Notes: generated by a model not told the origin, from the letters alone. A DNA stretch of 50,871 nt from Nemertoderma westbladi (GCA_032718475.1 JAUCBJ010003485.1:1-50871); one strand, 5' to 3'; numbered from the stretch's first letter, positions 25,513-37,449 are shown. Numbers and translations: made by a program.

Positions 25513-26050
25513 TTCACAAAATAGTACAGAAGGTATCTCTCTCCAGCAATGTCTTCCTTATGGGTCTACTTGCAATCCGTTCTGGAAGACTGGTAAGGTC
25601 TGGTCTGGAGGCCACCATGAGACCCGGTCTGCGGGTGTCATCCAACTTGTCATGAAATATTTCCTGTAACATTTAATGTTTATTTGAAATATAAACTAAC
25701 ATTCAGTTTTATCAGGCTGTTAGGAATTCTGTTATAGAACAAACAAATTTCATTCAATTACCTTAATCTGTTACCTTAACCTTGGGCTTGGCTGCTACTA
25801 AGTTACCATTTTAGGATCTCATAAGTAACATTCTATGTTCACTTTTGGGATATTAAATCTCACTTACAGTCATTTGTGGGTAGAGTTTCTTGGTTTGATT
25901 GTTTACCATCCCGGTAGCGACCACGGCAGCGCATTTAAACAACATGTCGATGTTATGGAAATTTTTGCAGGAAGTTTCTATCCAACCGAATCTGTTGTAC
26001 CCAACTGAGGCCCACTCGTTCCTCAGAGCATCCACCATTTCCTGTGTCAC
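25513..26050 (-). pseudogene. Relic of a spliced coding sequence of unknown family, antisense in NUDT5 intron 2
   Basis: Exon-like block 26050-25868 (TTTGTAG acceptor, GTAAGT donor, open frame VTQEMVDALRNEW...YPQMT). Second block from 25663 (TTACAG acceptor, EIFHDKLDDTRRPG...FCTIL*). Confidence 0.4.
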
Positions 26051-26089
26051 CTACAAATTATGAGTAAATTAGTACAATATAACATGGAT

Positions 26090-26322
26090 ATCAATACATC
26101 AACATTTATAATAACTTTATAATTACTATAAATTTATACTATATTATTAATATCACATAAATAATATTATTGTTGCAACTGCATCCGAGCAATAGCAATA
26201 TTCAATAGGGGGGTAGCTATTGCTCGGATGCAGTTGCAACAATAATATTATTTATGTGATATTAATAATATAGTATAAATTTATAGTAATTATAAAGTTA
26301 TTATAAATGTTGATGTATTGAT
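26090..26322. repeat. Perfect long inverted repeat: 107-bp arms, 19-nt spacer
   Basis: 26090-26196 is the reverse complement of 26216-26322. Confidence 0.95.
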
Positions 26323-27017
26323 GTATTATGAAAGAAATAAATAAATGTTAATGTTAATGTTAGCGGAAATGGTAAGGGGTGCCCACTACATGTAAGCAAT
26401 TAACTACGTGTGTATTTACATACTCTACCTGCCAAATGACTAAGACCAGCCTAAAATTCAACAACCATTAACGGTAGTAAGATACAAAAGAGCAATAAGA
26501 AAATTAGAAAAGAAAATTAACAAGGTTAATTTTTGTTGATTTTGGTAATTGTTCTTTTATTTAATTTTTTTCATTTTTTTGTATAATTGCTGATACCTGT
26601 TCACTCCAATCCAGTTTTCTATTTATATGAACTCCTAAGTATTTGACTGACTTACTTTGATATACTTCGGTTGCATCATTTATTTTTAGTTTTATATTTT
26701 CTATGTCGACGGCGACGTTATTTTCGGGACTCAATAATAAACATTATGTTTTTGTCAGGTATTTTCGGGACTCAATAATACAAATTATGTTTTTTCAGAT
26801 ATTTTCGGGACTTAATAATAAAAAATTCTTTTTTCAGAGTTTAGTTTTAGTTTATTTGTTTCATATACTGGTGACATTTGTAATAAAACCTCTTATAGAT
26901 GTTTAAATGCAGGGTCTGTAGATGTCGTATTTATCACCGTATCGTCTGCATATAATAATATTTTTGCATTATGTACCAAGTGATGTGTTACAGTGATTAG
27001 TTGGTAGTAGTGTATAA

Positions 27018-28285
27018 AGGTAATCAACCAACGGCTAGACATGCTGACAAGGTAGTCCTGAAGATAGTGATGGGAAGTGGAAAAATCACAACATCGAGGT
27101 CAGCCCTACAAGGAAAATATATGACAAGACACTAGCTATAGAAACAAGGGACTTCACACCTGCCGAACTCAAAAGAAACATTAAAAGCCCCGCAGTCATG
27201 ACCTTTGTGGACTTCAAGAAGGCATTCGACTCCATCAAATATAGGTAAAATGCTTGAAATCCTAAGAGCTTATGGAATACCAGAAGTAATTGTTGCTGGC
27301 ATTGGATTGTTATTTTGTGACACAGAAGCACAGGTACTCTCACCAGATGGTGAAACTGAGTTTTTCTCAATCCTGGCTGGCGTACTGCAAGGTGACACAT
27401 TAGCACCATTACTATTTGTAATTGTACTGGATTACGCAATGAGGACGGCCACAAAGGGTGAAGATCTGGGATTCACACTTCAAGAACGCCGAAATAGTAG
27501 ATATCCGGCAACTATAGTTACAGACACCGACTTTGCGGATGACATCGCCCTGCTCTCTAATATGCTAGCAGATGCACAGCTTCTACTAAATAAAGTGGAG
27601 AGGGCTGCTAAGGAGGTTGGATTGCATATAAATGCTACCAAGACCGAATTCATGACCTTTAATGTTGATGGAAACTTGACAATCATTGATAATAATCAAC
27701 TAAGGAAGGTCGTCGACTTCCAGTACCTTGGATCATGGATAGAGAGTAGATAAAAGGACATAGAAGTTAGGAAAGCAAAGGCTTGGGTAGCTCTATCAAA
27801 AATGGATACCATCTGGAAATCAGATCTCTCCAGGCACCTGAAGATTAAGTTATTTCGAGCCACAGTGGAAAGTGTATTTTTATACGGGGGTGAGACCTGG
27901 ACACTGACTAAATCACTTGAACAACGAATTTATGGTTGCTACAGAAGACTACTAAGGGCAGCCCTAAACATCAGCTGGAGACAACACATGACAAACGCCG
28001 AGCTTTATGGTACAATATCACCTGTATCAACCACCCTCCGTGAACACAAATTAAGATTCAGTGGGCACTGCTGGCAAAGTAAAGACGAGGTCATACCAGA
28101 TTTACTTTTCTGGCAACCAACTCATGGAAAGCGTAGTCGTGGACGACCGGCCATAACATATATAGACTAACTTGAAAGGGATAGTATACTGAACTTGGGA
28201 GAAATGAAATTGCGACAACTATGGAGAATCGGGAAGCCTGGAAGGATCTCATTTCCACTGTCCGAGTTCGCTCGACCTAGTAGTA
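27018..28285 (+). mobile_element. 5'-truncated, decayed RTE-group LINE with (TAG)n tail
   Basis: FVDFKKAFDSI, GVLQGDTLAPLLF, FADDIALL, FQYLGS, LRFSGHCW, RSRGRP; contains stops and frameshifts. Probable TSD GTAGTAGTG(T/G)ATAA at 27004-27017 and 28286-28299. Confidence 0.9.
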
Positions 28286-28490
28286 GTAGTAGTGGATAAC
28301 TGGCCGTGCAAGGATTCCATGTATGTAAAAATAAGAATAACTCTGCAGTATGACTAGTACAATATCGCCGGAGACACTTTTTTCAAACGCTTGTAGCTAA
28401 ACATTAAAGCAAAAGTAAAAATTCTGACTCATCCACTAAGTTTTCAGCAAGTGAAACTCTGTTTCAAATGTCATCCAATCTCATAAAGAG

Positions 28491-28623
28491 GCGGGGGGGG
28501 GGGGGGGGGGGGGGTTCGTGTCATTAAATTACGACACTATATTCCGTGGCGGGGGGGGGGGGGGGGTCGTGTCATTAAATTACGACACTATATAATATTC
28601 CGTGGCGGGGGGGGGGGGGGGGG
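28491..28623. repeat. Tandem duplication of poly-G tract plus TCGTGTCATTAAATTACGACAC unit
   Basis: Three G runs separated by two near-identical ~30-36-nt units. Confidence 0.8.
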
Positions 28624-28903
28624 CATGGTGTATGTTGCAATAATATTCACCCTCGCACAATTATTAACCGTACACACCAAAGTGGCCTAATAAATGGTGC
28701 GAATATACTGAATTATCTGATATATATACTACAGTAAGAAGTGTCCCGGACGGAACGTGGTTTATCAGATAGAACTCCGTTGGATTATAATTAGGGGCAC
28801 TTTTTCTTTTTCTTACAAATATAATTTTTCAGCATTTTTCTGTTATTTTCGATGTATTTCCTTAACTTTTACTCAATAAGTTTACGCGCGCTATTACATG
28901 CAG

Positions 28904-29020
28904 GCACTGAATGCATTGCTGTGGTTACCCGGAGTGTTGGAGCTATGGATACTAGTCTACTGATCCTGGTGGAACAGTACCGGCCTCCAGTGAGACGGAA
29001 CACTTTGGAGTTCCCAGCAG
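28904..29020 (+). CDS. NUDT5: NUDT5 exon 3a (GTECIAVV...LILVEQYRPPVRRNTLEFPA)
   Basis: CAG acceptor, GT donor, phase 1-1, 117 nt; conserved VxQYRPP...EFPAG. Confidence 0.92.
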
Positions 29021-30473
29021 GTCTATCCTATTTAGTAAACCCCGCTTGCTTCTATTATTGTAATTACAGTTACCCAGTCCTTGGCTCTATGATTGATTAG
29101 ATAAATGCTACGAGAAACCGCTAACTTGCTCGTCTTGTAGAGATTGCTTATTCTAATTCGTTTGTTACTTAAACTTTATTAATCACTTACTGAGTCACTT
29201 ATTGAATGACTAAATGAGTCACCTAACAACTGAATCACTTAATTGAATCACTTAAACTTAACGAACTGATCCATTGACTAAATGTATCTATATATAGCCA
29301 ATAACCAACTAATGTGGCTTAATAATTAATTAATATTGTAGCGGGATGTTTTCTGTTATATTTGTCTAAATTACCAATTATTTGATTATTAAATTATTTT
29401 TCCGCTATACAACGAATGGATTCCATATGATTTATATCGAAGCGCCATTTATCGTACGTTTGCTGCGTGTTAACTGAGTATTCATTCACATTGAGCCAGT
29501 TATTCGCACTTAATAATCGACTATTACGATAAATCCAGCCGTTTTGCTCTCTAGTGTGTAATAACTATTTACATACTTGTGTGTAAAGTAGCACTTTACA
29601 GTGTGATGATCCGAGTGACTTTGTTACACGAACGAACGTTAGTGAGTGAGTGAAAATAAAGCCACGAGGATCAGAACACTGCAAAGTACTTTGCAACAAG
29701 TATGTATGTAGTTTTATTCCAAAATTTTAACATTACGAAATGATTGTACATATACATTATAAGTGATAGAAACTGCACAAATTAAATTAGTTGCTGTATA
29801 AATAAATGTAAAAGTGACATAAATTATGTTATAAATAAGTTAGCTTATATTTATGGTGGCACTTGGAGCCATGTTAATAGTTTATAGCTAGGCCATACTG
29901 GTTATTAAAAGCCATACCCCGGCTACCGGTAGGTAATGCAGTAGGCCTATCTGGCTGTCAGGCAAATTTCCACCTATTGTTTACGTGGTAACCATGACGG
30001 CGTTAAGTAATGTCCCCTTAGTGGACATTACTTAACTTAACTAATACAATACTAAATGTACAGGCCAAGACAATGCTGTAATGTCCTCTAAAGTTGTAAA
30101 GTGCTAAATAACAAATCTCTGTTAATACTAACGGCGTTGAGTAATGTTACAATTTTGGAATAAAATATTATAACACAAGACAAAGAGTGAAAAAATATTC
30201 ATATACAGAAAATTTCATTCATTTGTTTTGGACAATATATTATATTTAAAAAAACAAATTAAATAATTTTTTAAAAATTTTGTATTTTATAATTTCGTTC
30301 CTAAACCAGTGCAATAAAACCGAAATAAATCGATAATTTACAGCTCTTTCGTTGTACATCTTTCATTCTCGTTTGCTGGTTTTCGTACTTATTTTTTGAG
30401 TTTATTGACATTATATAATAATTTTGCCATGTCGTCATGGTCGTTGCTACGGTATTTATTGTATTTACTCTAG

Positions 30474-30584
30474 CAACGATTCTCATTGCTATCGTTAAAC
30501 GGCTGCTACATTACGACCGGTTGATTATTGTAGAACGACGGGTGGCCTCTGGTTCCTCTCATATAGTTGCTGCATTCCCCTCAG
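30474..30584 (+). CDS. NUDT5: Candidate alternative NUDT5 exon 3b (ATILIAIVKRLLHYDRLIIVERRVASGSSHIVAAFPS)
   Basis: TTTACTCTAG acceptor, CAG|GTAAGT donor, 111 nt, phase 1-1, open. Aligns with recalled human [21 protein letters not shown]...FPAG. Confidence 0.65.
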
Positions 30585-32279
30585 GTAAGTCGGTAATTAT
30601 AATGAATTATTAAATATTTATCACCGTATTGTCTCGAAAATATAGCAGAAGTAAAATAGATCAATTTGCTTTTCATCGTAATTTATGTTATAAGCGTCTG
30701 AAAAATCTACTTTTTGTCACTAAATGTAGAAAACAGTTCAAGAAACAGTTTCGCCCATAGCGCAGGGTGCTCTGAGACCAATCCACAGTAGTATATTTTT
30801 ATTTAAAAATTAATTTAATGTAATCTCAGATATGGGGTTTTGTAGTTTGAAAGAAGTTGAGTTTTTTCGGTTAAACATTAGATGTTAGACATTTCGTCTT
30901 TATTTATAACACATTTTTGTATACAATGTTTGAATGTTAATCTATAAAAATATTTTATTATATTGACAAGTATATTAAAAAAAGTAAAAAGTTACTTTTT
31001 TTCTCGGCGAAAAAAATAAAATAAGAAAATGGAAAAACTGTTTTGGTGGAATGTGTTGAAAGAGCATCGAAGTAGAAATGGTTTGCACCTAATTTGAGCA
31101 AAATCCATTCACACACTAAAAAGTTATAGCAACTTTAGTGTCTGCAAGGCGAACACCAAAACGGAACTCAATATCCAATATTGGTGTATGTTGTTAAGCT
31201 AAGCGGCTCTCTAGCGTAATAAATATTCGAGAACACTAAATTATATATGAGAATATCAGTAACTATGGAAGCAATATAGTAAAATACCGCAGTTCAATTT
31301 ATTTTGTAGCACTACAGTATATCGCTGTACGTTTTATTAAAGAATTTTGCAACATAAAAGTACCAATTTAAGAATAAAATTACGTATTTCATGGGAAAAA
31401 TACTTTAACAATTTTATCTCCCCCCTTTATTAACCTCGATGGCGTTCGGTAAGAGAATAGTGAAAAAAGTTTCTACTTTTTTATAAATAAAATTCTTATT
31501 CTTAAATTTTTACTTTTTCGCCAGAATAGAGACCAAAATCGAGAGAAAAAAGTTGTTACTATTGGATGGCATTAATTTTACCGTAGAATAAACCGCAAAA
31601 TAATGAAAATAAGAAAATGTGAAAATATTGTTGGTGGAATTCAGGTAACCCTAGTAACCTAGTCATAATATTTCAGATCGGTAGGTAGATTCTACGTCAC
31701 CACATAGCGATGTTAATAGATCTTCTGGACGCAGGTAAATCTATAGTTATTGCTATTTTTATATTAATTAATAGTTCATAATTTTTGTAATTAGGGAGAC
31801 TTAAATAAAATAAATCAATCAGCTGCAAATCGCTTCACAGGAGTTCCTCGGTATGGGGCGGTTGAAAATGCTATTTAATGATATTATGATTTGCTATTAT
31901 TATAAGTAGATTAATCATAAATAATATATATTTTTAATATATGGCGGGAAATATTACTATATATACCGGTACGTAATTTAATTATAATTTGCTACAAAAT
32001 TACGACATACAGCACAATGACAGAAAAATTAAATAATAAATTATATAAATTATAAGTCAATATTGATTATTGGTATATTCGTAGATTAATATTATTTAAT
32101 TCAATATATTATTTTTATTAATATCATATACTATTCTTATAATTTCTGAGCTTAAATGATTCGTAGCTTGGAATTTAGATTAGAATAAATGTTACTTTAT
32201 ATCATAGGCAATAAGTAATATCATATCATCTGGAATCACGAATATAAATTCATCATTAATTTATTGGAATGGAATTATA

Positions 32280-35200
32280 TCAGACAGACGACTCCGCCTT
32301 GGATGGCGCCTCTTCCCTTCCTCCTTCCGCCACCTTCCTGTCCCCCTCTTCATCGGACGCTTTCAATCCGTGGAAGAATATTTGCGCGCTGCTGAGCGAG
32401 TAGTAAACCATGTCGAACTCGCGTTGGTAGGTCTCCAATCTCTTCAAGGTTAACTCCATCGTCTGGGACAGCTTCTCGTCGGACTTGGTGGCGGCCGCGT
32501 TGAGTTTCTTCTGCTCCAGGATTTCTCCCTTCTCCCGGATGTATTTCTCTCGAACGCTCGGGAACCAGTGCAGGGAATCGAACTCTCGGTACTGGTTAAG
32601 AACCTTGAGGATGAAAGCGACGCCCATAACAAATCCATCGTCAGTGAACGCGGCCCCCAAGTTATTCTTGCGGTTTAGTTTCTCCTTGCAGACGATCATG
32701 TACTCGATAAAGTTAACGATAAGAGGTGGACATATAATGTAGAAGTTCCGTAGATGCATGTTCTTTGGGTCGAGGAACGAGGTGGTAAATACCTCTACTA
32801 ATATCCGGAAGTACTCGGTTCCTTCCGCGAAATTCCTCGTTAGGTTTAGTATCGAGTCGTCCAGTTGTTCCCCGGCAGAGGTCGACTCCGCCGATAACTT
32901 TTCTTCCTCCACCAACGGTTTAAACTTTACGATATCCTCGAGATCCGGGATGAATCGAATCGAGTTACTGGTGCAGTGCAGACCGCCGCTCCGGATGAGA
33001 CGGATGTAACCCATCGCGTTCCCGATCTGGGAGATCAGCTCCCGGAACTGGTCCAGGTAAGTCTGTCCCGTCTTCTCGTCCACTCCCAGCTTCCTGATTC
33101 CCTTGTTGAACTTGGCGGCCCGATCGTAAGGGTATTTATTCTGGAGTTGTTCTTTATTCTCTCGGAAGTAGCGAATGTCCTTGATGAGTCGCGCCTTTAT
33201 GTTTTCATCGAAGAGGAATTGGCTGAAGACAAGGAACTTCTTCATGAGGAACTGGTAGGTAAAGTTGACGGTTGTGTTCATAATGCCGGTACCGTGGGTG
33301 CGTATGGAGTTAGCGACGTGGCCAATGTTTATTGTGTTTAGGAACTTGTTGTTGCTGCTTCGTTCGATGAATACTTGGTTGTTGAGATTGTAGAGGTACC
33401 TAGACACGAAGACATGGACCAGTCTCATAATCTCCAGGAGGTCGAGCCCTTGACCCAGAGACTGATTGGGCAGATGGGACTCGGAGAGATTGAGCTGGTA
33501 TTTCTGGAGGGCTAGATTGCCCATCTGGGCGTATGTCTTCCAATCGTAGGGCGGCACTGTGGTCAGCTTGTAGAAGGTCACCTCCAGATAGTGTCGGACT
33601 TGGTCCTTCACGCTAATAATCCGGTCCAAAAAGCGAATTGGCCGGATGTTGAGGATCCTTCCGAGGTCTTTCAAACCGACCTTGAATGGATTCCTGTCGT
33701 CCAGCTTTAGATGCGTGTGGATGCACAATCGCAAATCTGTCTCGATACTTTGACATAAAGGTTGCAAAAGATTATCATGAAAGTAATCCATGACTTCCTT
33801 ATCAAAGACTTCTACTAATTTATCTGAGTCCTCGAGATGTTTACTGGCCGATAGAGGCGTGACGCAGTCTCGTAGTGCTGCAAACATGTAGTGAATTCTA
33901 TTGGCGTCGTGGGTTGACTCGAATAAATCACGGAAATAAACTGGTAAGATAACCCGGTTCCAATACAACACGTTGCAATTACATGATTTTTTAATAAGTT
34001 CTTTAAGTTCGCTAAGAACGTCCAACTTCTTTAGGACAACCTGGAAACTGTAGAACTCGGAATCATTTAGTATTTTCATTTGTAGGGCGACTTCGAGCGA
34101 AACGGCTGCGATTAAACGTCGTTCGTTACTCGGCGGGGCGTACAAACACTTCTCCGCGAGCATCAGGGAGGCCAACACATCCAGCTTCCTTTCGTTGTAT
34201 TTCTTATCGGTACTCGATATCAGCCGCTTCTTTGCCGTACCAATAATCGCTAACGCCATGTACTGTAGATGCTGCGTTATATGTCCACTGCTTTGGGCGA
34301 CCAACAAGGACTTATGATGGTAAGTAAACTCTATTGCTTTCGCCATCTCGATCAGCTGACACACGTGAGTTACACCTAGTCGCGTCATTGGTTTCGATAT
34401 GGAGACATGAAGGTTCATTATCGTTTTAATTGTGTGCGTTATTCTGTAGGCGATAACCAACCCCTGAATAAATAGATTACCGCGCGAACTAAACTCTTCT
34501 ATCGGCCTCTCCTGGTTCTCTTTCGACATCACGGAGTTCATATTTACCATCCAACTCGATACTTCCATATAAATCTGCTGTATTTCTTTAGGGAAATTGT
34601 GCGCTTTTTGTTGTAAATAAGTTTCCCTTTGCGTTACAACCACCTGTAACGCTTTCTTCTCTAGAAGTTTAGTAACCGGTGGTATCTTTTGAACAAGATA
34701 ATCATTGGCTATCCAGACGACATTGCCACTTAGGATAACGCAGGGGAGTTTCTTGTGGACGTCCCATATGGTCTTAAAGAGTTTCTTGTCGATCGTGCGA
34801 TACAACTGATAATGCAATATAAACAGAGCGACCGCGCCTACGAATGTGTGTCTGTTATTTAATTCCTGTTCGCCTATTTGCCCTTCTGTTGTCAAGACAA
34901 CATAACGAACGTTGTACAAAAACTCCTCCCCAAATTGAGTATTGTGGGCTACCTGGATTCGCCCATCGTCAAACATTTGTTCAATACACGACTGGAATAT
35001 CATTCCATCCATCAGCTGCCCTTCTAACTTCATCACTAATTTCTCGAAAGGTTTCAATTTGTTCTCAGGAATTCCGAACAATGCTGGTGCATTGTGGACG
35101 CTTTTTAGGCCTCGTTTGTACACAATCCAATGCTCCCGGAATGTCGTTTGAGTTGCGAATATCCCATCTAAAGTGATCAACACAGTCAATAAATCACCAA

Positions 35201-35771
35201 GGTGATTCCAAATCGTTGTAAAATGGAGGTTTGCAGTTGAGATTGTTCGACTCAGTGTTTTATCACTGGAATATAAAGCCGCGAGTTGATGTATTGTATT
35301 CTTGATCACATCGTTACAACGAATAACGAAACATGACAATTCCTGGAGGAGTGGTATCATTCTACCAATCTGTAGTTGTGATTGTCCGTCTGCTAACCCC
35401 TGGGTTGGTTCACCCTCCCCATAAAATTGCAGAGCTGGGAAAAATTTATTTTCTGCATCGCGAATTAGGGCTTTCATATCGCAGCATAAACTAACTAGGA
35501 CCATAAGTACTTTGTTAAGAATCTTGTTTTCTGTGTTTATGAGGTGTATTAATGTGGATTGCTCGTACGGTATAATATCTAGACCAATTGGATCCAGCGT
35601 GCAATCCCATCCTTCGCCTATTGTCTCTCCCAGAGCGCTCTCTATCCCTCGTAACTGACTCGCGTACTCCTTTAGGTACTTTCCGTACTTTTTGAGTTGT
35701 ATTTCTGCAACAACCTTTAGTGACCCGTCATCGAACTTGTCAAACTCCCATTCGGTTGCTAGGGCACCCAT
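32280..35771 (-). CDS. WASHC4: WASH complex subunit 4 (SWIP/KIAA1033), single exon, 1163 aa
   Basis: IETDLRL..H.HLKLDDRNPF, NSIRTHGTGIMNTTVNFTYQFL, IGNAMGYIRLIRSGG, FTDDGFVMGVAFILKVL.Q..FDSLHWF. Confidence 0.97.
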   Translation of the reverse strand: MGALATEWEFDKFDDGSLKVVAEIQLKKYGKYLKEYASQLRGIESALGETIGEGWDCTLDPIGLDIIPYEQSTLIHLINTENKILNKVLMVLVSLCCDMKALIRDAENKFFPALQFYGEGEPTQGLADGQSQLQIGRMIPLLQELSCFVIRCNDVIKNTIHQLAALYSSDKTLSRTISTANLHFTTIWNHLGDLLTVLITLDGIFATQTTFREHWIVYKRGLKSVHNAPALFGIPENKLKPFEKLVMKLEGQLMDGMIFQSCIEQMFDDGRIQVAHNTQFGEEFLYNVRYVVLTTEGQIGEQELNNRHTFVGAVALFILHYQLYRTIDKKLFKTIWDVHKKLPCVILSGNVVWIANDYLVQKIPPVTKLLEKKALQVVVTQRETYLQQKAHNFPKEIQQIYMEVSSWMVNMNSVMSKENQERPIEEFSSRGNLFIQGLVIAYRITHTIKTIMNLHVSISKPMTRLGVTHVCQLIEMAKAIEFTYHHKSLLVAQSSGHITQHLQYMALAIIGTAKKRLISSTDKKYNERKLDVLASLMLAEKCLYAPPSNERRLIAAVSLEVALQMKILNDSEFYSFQVVLKKLDVLSELKELIKKSCNCNVLYWNRVILPVYFRDLFESTHDANRIHYMFAALRDCVTPLSASKHLEDSDKLVEVFDKEVMDYFHDNLLQPLCQSIETDLRLCIHTHLKLDDRNPFKVGLKDLGRILNIRPIRFLDRIISVKDQVRHYLEVTFYKLTTVPPYDWKTYAQMGNLALQKYQLNLSESHLPNQSLGQGLDLLEIMRLVHVFVSRYLYNLNNQVFIERSSNNKFLNTINIGHVANSIRTHGTGIMNTTVNFTYQFLMKKFLVFSQFLFDENIKARLIKDIRYFRENKEQLQNKYPYDRAAKFNKGIRKLGVDEKTGQTYLDQFRELISQIGNAMGYIRLIRSGGLHCTSNSIRFIPDLEDIVKFKPLVEEEKLSAESTSAGEQLDDSILNLTRNFAEGTEYFRILVEVFTTSFLDPKNMHLRNFYIICPPLIVNFIEYMIVCKEKLNRKNNLGAAFTDDGFVMGVAFILKVLNQYREFDSLHWFPSVREKYIREKGEILEQKKLNAAATKSDEKLSQTMELTLKRLETYQREFDMVYYSLSSAQIFFHGLKASDEEGDRKVAEGGREEAPSKAESSV

Positions 35772-37270
35772 ATCACAGTATCATCTGCAAGTTATATCAT
35801 ATCAGTATATTGTCTTACAGTCTTAATGCTGTAATGCTGTAATTGGTAATGCTTACTGTCTTATTATTCTGTAGATACCGGTATTGGGCACTAGGACTGG
35901 CAGACTGGGAATATAGGAATTATTCAGTTATTAGGTATTAGGCCTATATATATTTTATATAGATATTACACTAGTACTGTAATATCACATTACAATTCCT
36001 AAGAATTACATTACCGGAGGCATTAGGGGAGGGACCCTTATTATGAATGAAATTTAATTGATAGGCTATGCCTTGATGGCTTGATGCCAGTACTGCAGTA
36101 TGCTGCTATGTACACATGTACCGATAGGGTAGTATCACAGTTGAGGCACAGTGACAAACACCTTTCCCCAGTGGCCATTTTTGCTCCGATTTGTCTCAAA
36201 TTTCACACAGACACTCTCTGACCTATGTGTAAGTGTAACTTCATAGAAAAAAAGTTTTAAATTAGGTGATTTTCCGCTTCGAGCAGCACGATTGAAAATC
36301 AGGAGTTTAAGACTTTTTTCTCGAAAAGTCAATTTTTGCCTGTTTTAAAGTGCACCATTTCCTCAATTTGCCGGAAAATCTACGTAGACAGACAGTAGAC
36401 ACCCTAGGCAGCTAGCTTAGCTAGGTCGTGTATTTAATGTGGTGTAAATTTTATGGCTCCGGAGGACGATGTGCCCTTCGCGCAGCACGAAAACTGTATT
36501 TTCTGGAAAAATAATTAACTTAATTTGACCACTGTCAGTACTACTACTGCCCTGCCAGTAGCCTACCAGACAACCTCACTACAGCGTCCTACCATTGCAG
36601 GATTGTACTACCGTACCGGTACCGGTACTGGCTAATTCGAGTCAATAATAATTAATATTAATAATAATAATATTATATTTTTTGTCACATAGATATTATT
36701 AATGTACTGTACAGAATACGGCAGTACGGTACAGTATACATCAACCTGTCTAGGCCTACTGCTACTACTACTACAGTACCAGACATCAGATGGTTTTGCT
36801 GTAGAAATACGGTAGATAAGTATGTCTGTATGTTATGTCTAATTCTGTCTTAAGGCCTGACACTCTTAAGACGTCTGCAGACGTCTTTAGACCTGTCTGA
36901 GGCACGTCTGATATCAGGCGTAGCCAGACGTATGAAGATCTGACGTTTTAGTATGTTTTAAGGATGTTTAGAAAGTACAGTAAATAATATAGGAGTCTGT
37001 AAGTTTGTTTGCTTTATTTTTTCGCCATCACCCACACTAATTGACTCCCATAATCCTATATAATTAATAGATATCACCTCCTTCCACACTCTCTTGTTCG
37101 TCTTGCCCATTGTTTGCACTCACTCCTGCTCCCGCTCGGCTTATCCCACACAAAACCACTTTCCTGCCCTCATAATATGGGATATGGGAGGGATACTTGA
37201 CGCAAATCCCATCACTGCGAATTAATAACAAAACAATTACTATTAATCAATGTCTCGTATTACTTTGTAG

Positions 37271-37449
37271 GTCTCCGAGACGAGAAAGAGACATTAGAGG
37301 AATGCGCTCTCCGTGAATTATACGAAGAAACAGGTTACACCGGTAAGGTGGTAGCGGTGGCCCCTACCACCTGTCTAGACCCCGGTCTCTCCAACTGCTC
37401 CACAACAATAATAGAAATATCCGTTGATGGGGACCAGCCAATCAATCAG
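37271..37449 (+). CDS. NUDT5: NUDT5 exon 4, Nudix box
   Basis: GLRDEKETLEECALRELYEETGY fits GX5EX7REUXEEXGU, followed by CLDPGLSNC; TTTGTAG acceptor, GTATGC donor. Confidence 0.95.

Noticed and set aside
31677-31734. AG...GT-bounded segment as a further NUDT5 exon
   Set aside because: Stop codons in the frames tested, no homology, and transposon-like flanking sequence.
32450-35176. Short ORFs overlapping WASHC4 (likewise those over MRPS22, MPG and KTI12)
   Set aside because: Shadow or antisense frames of real CDSs.
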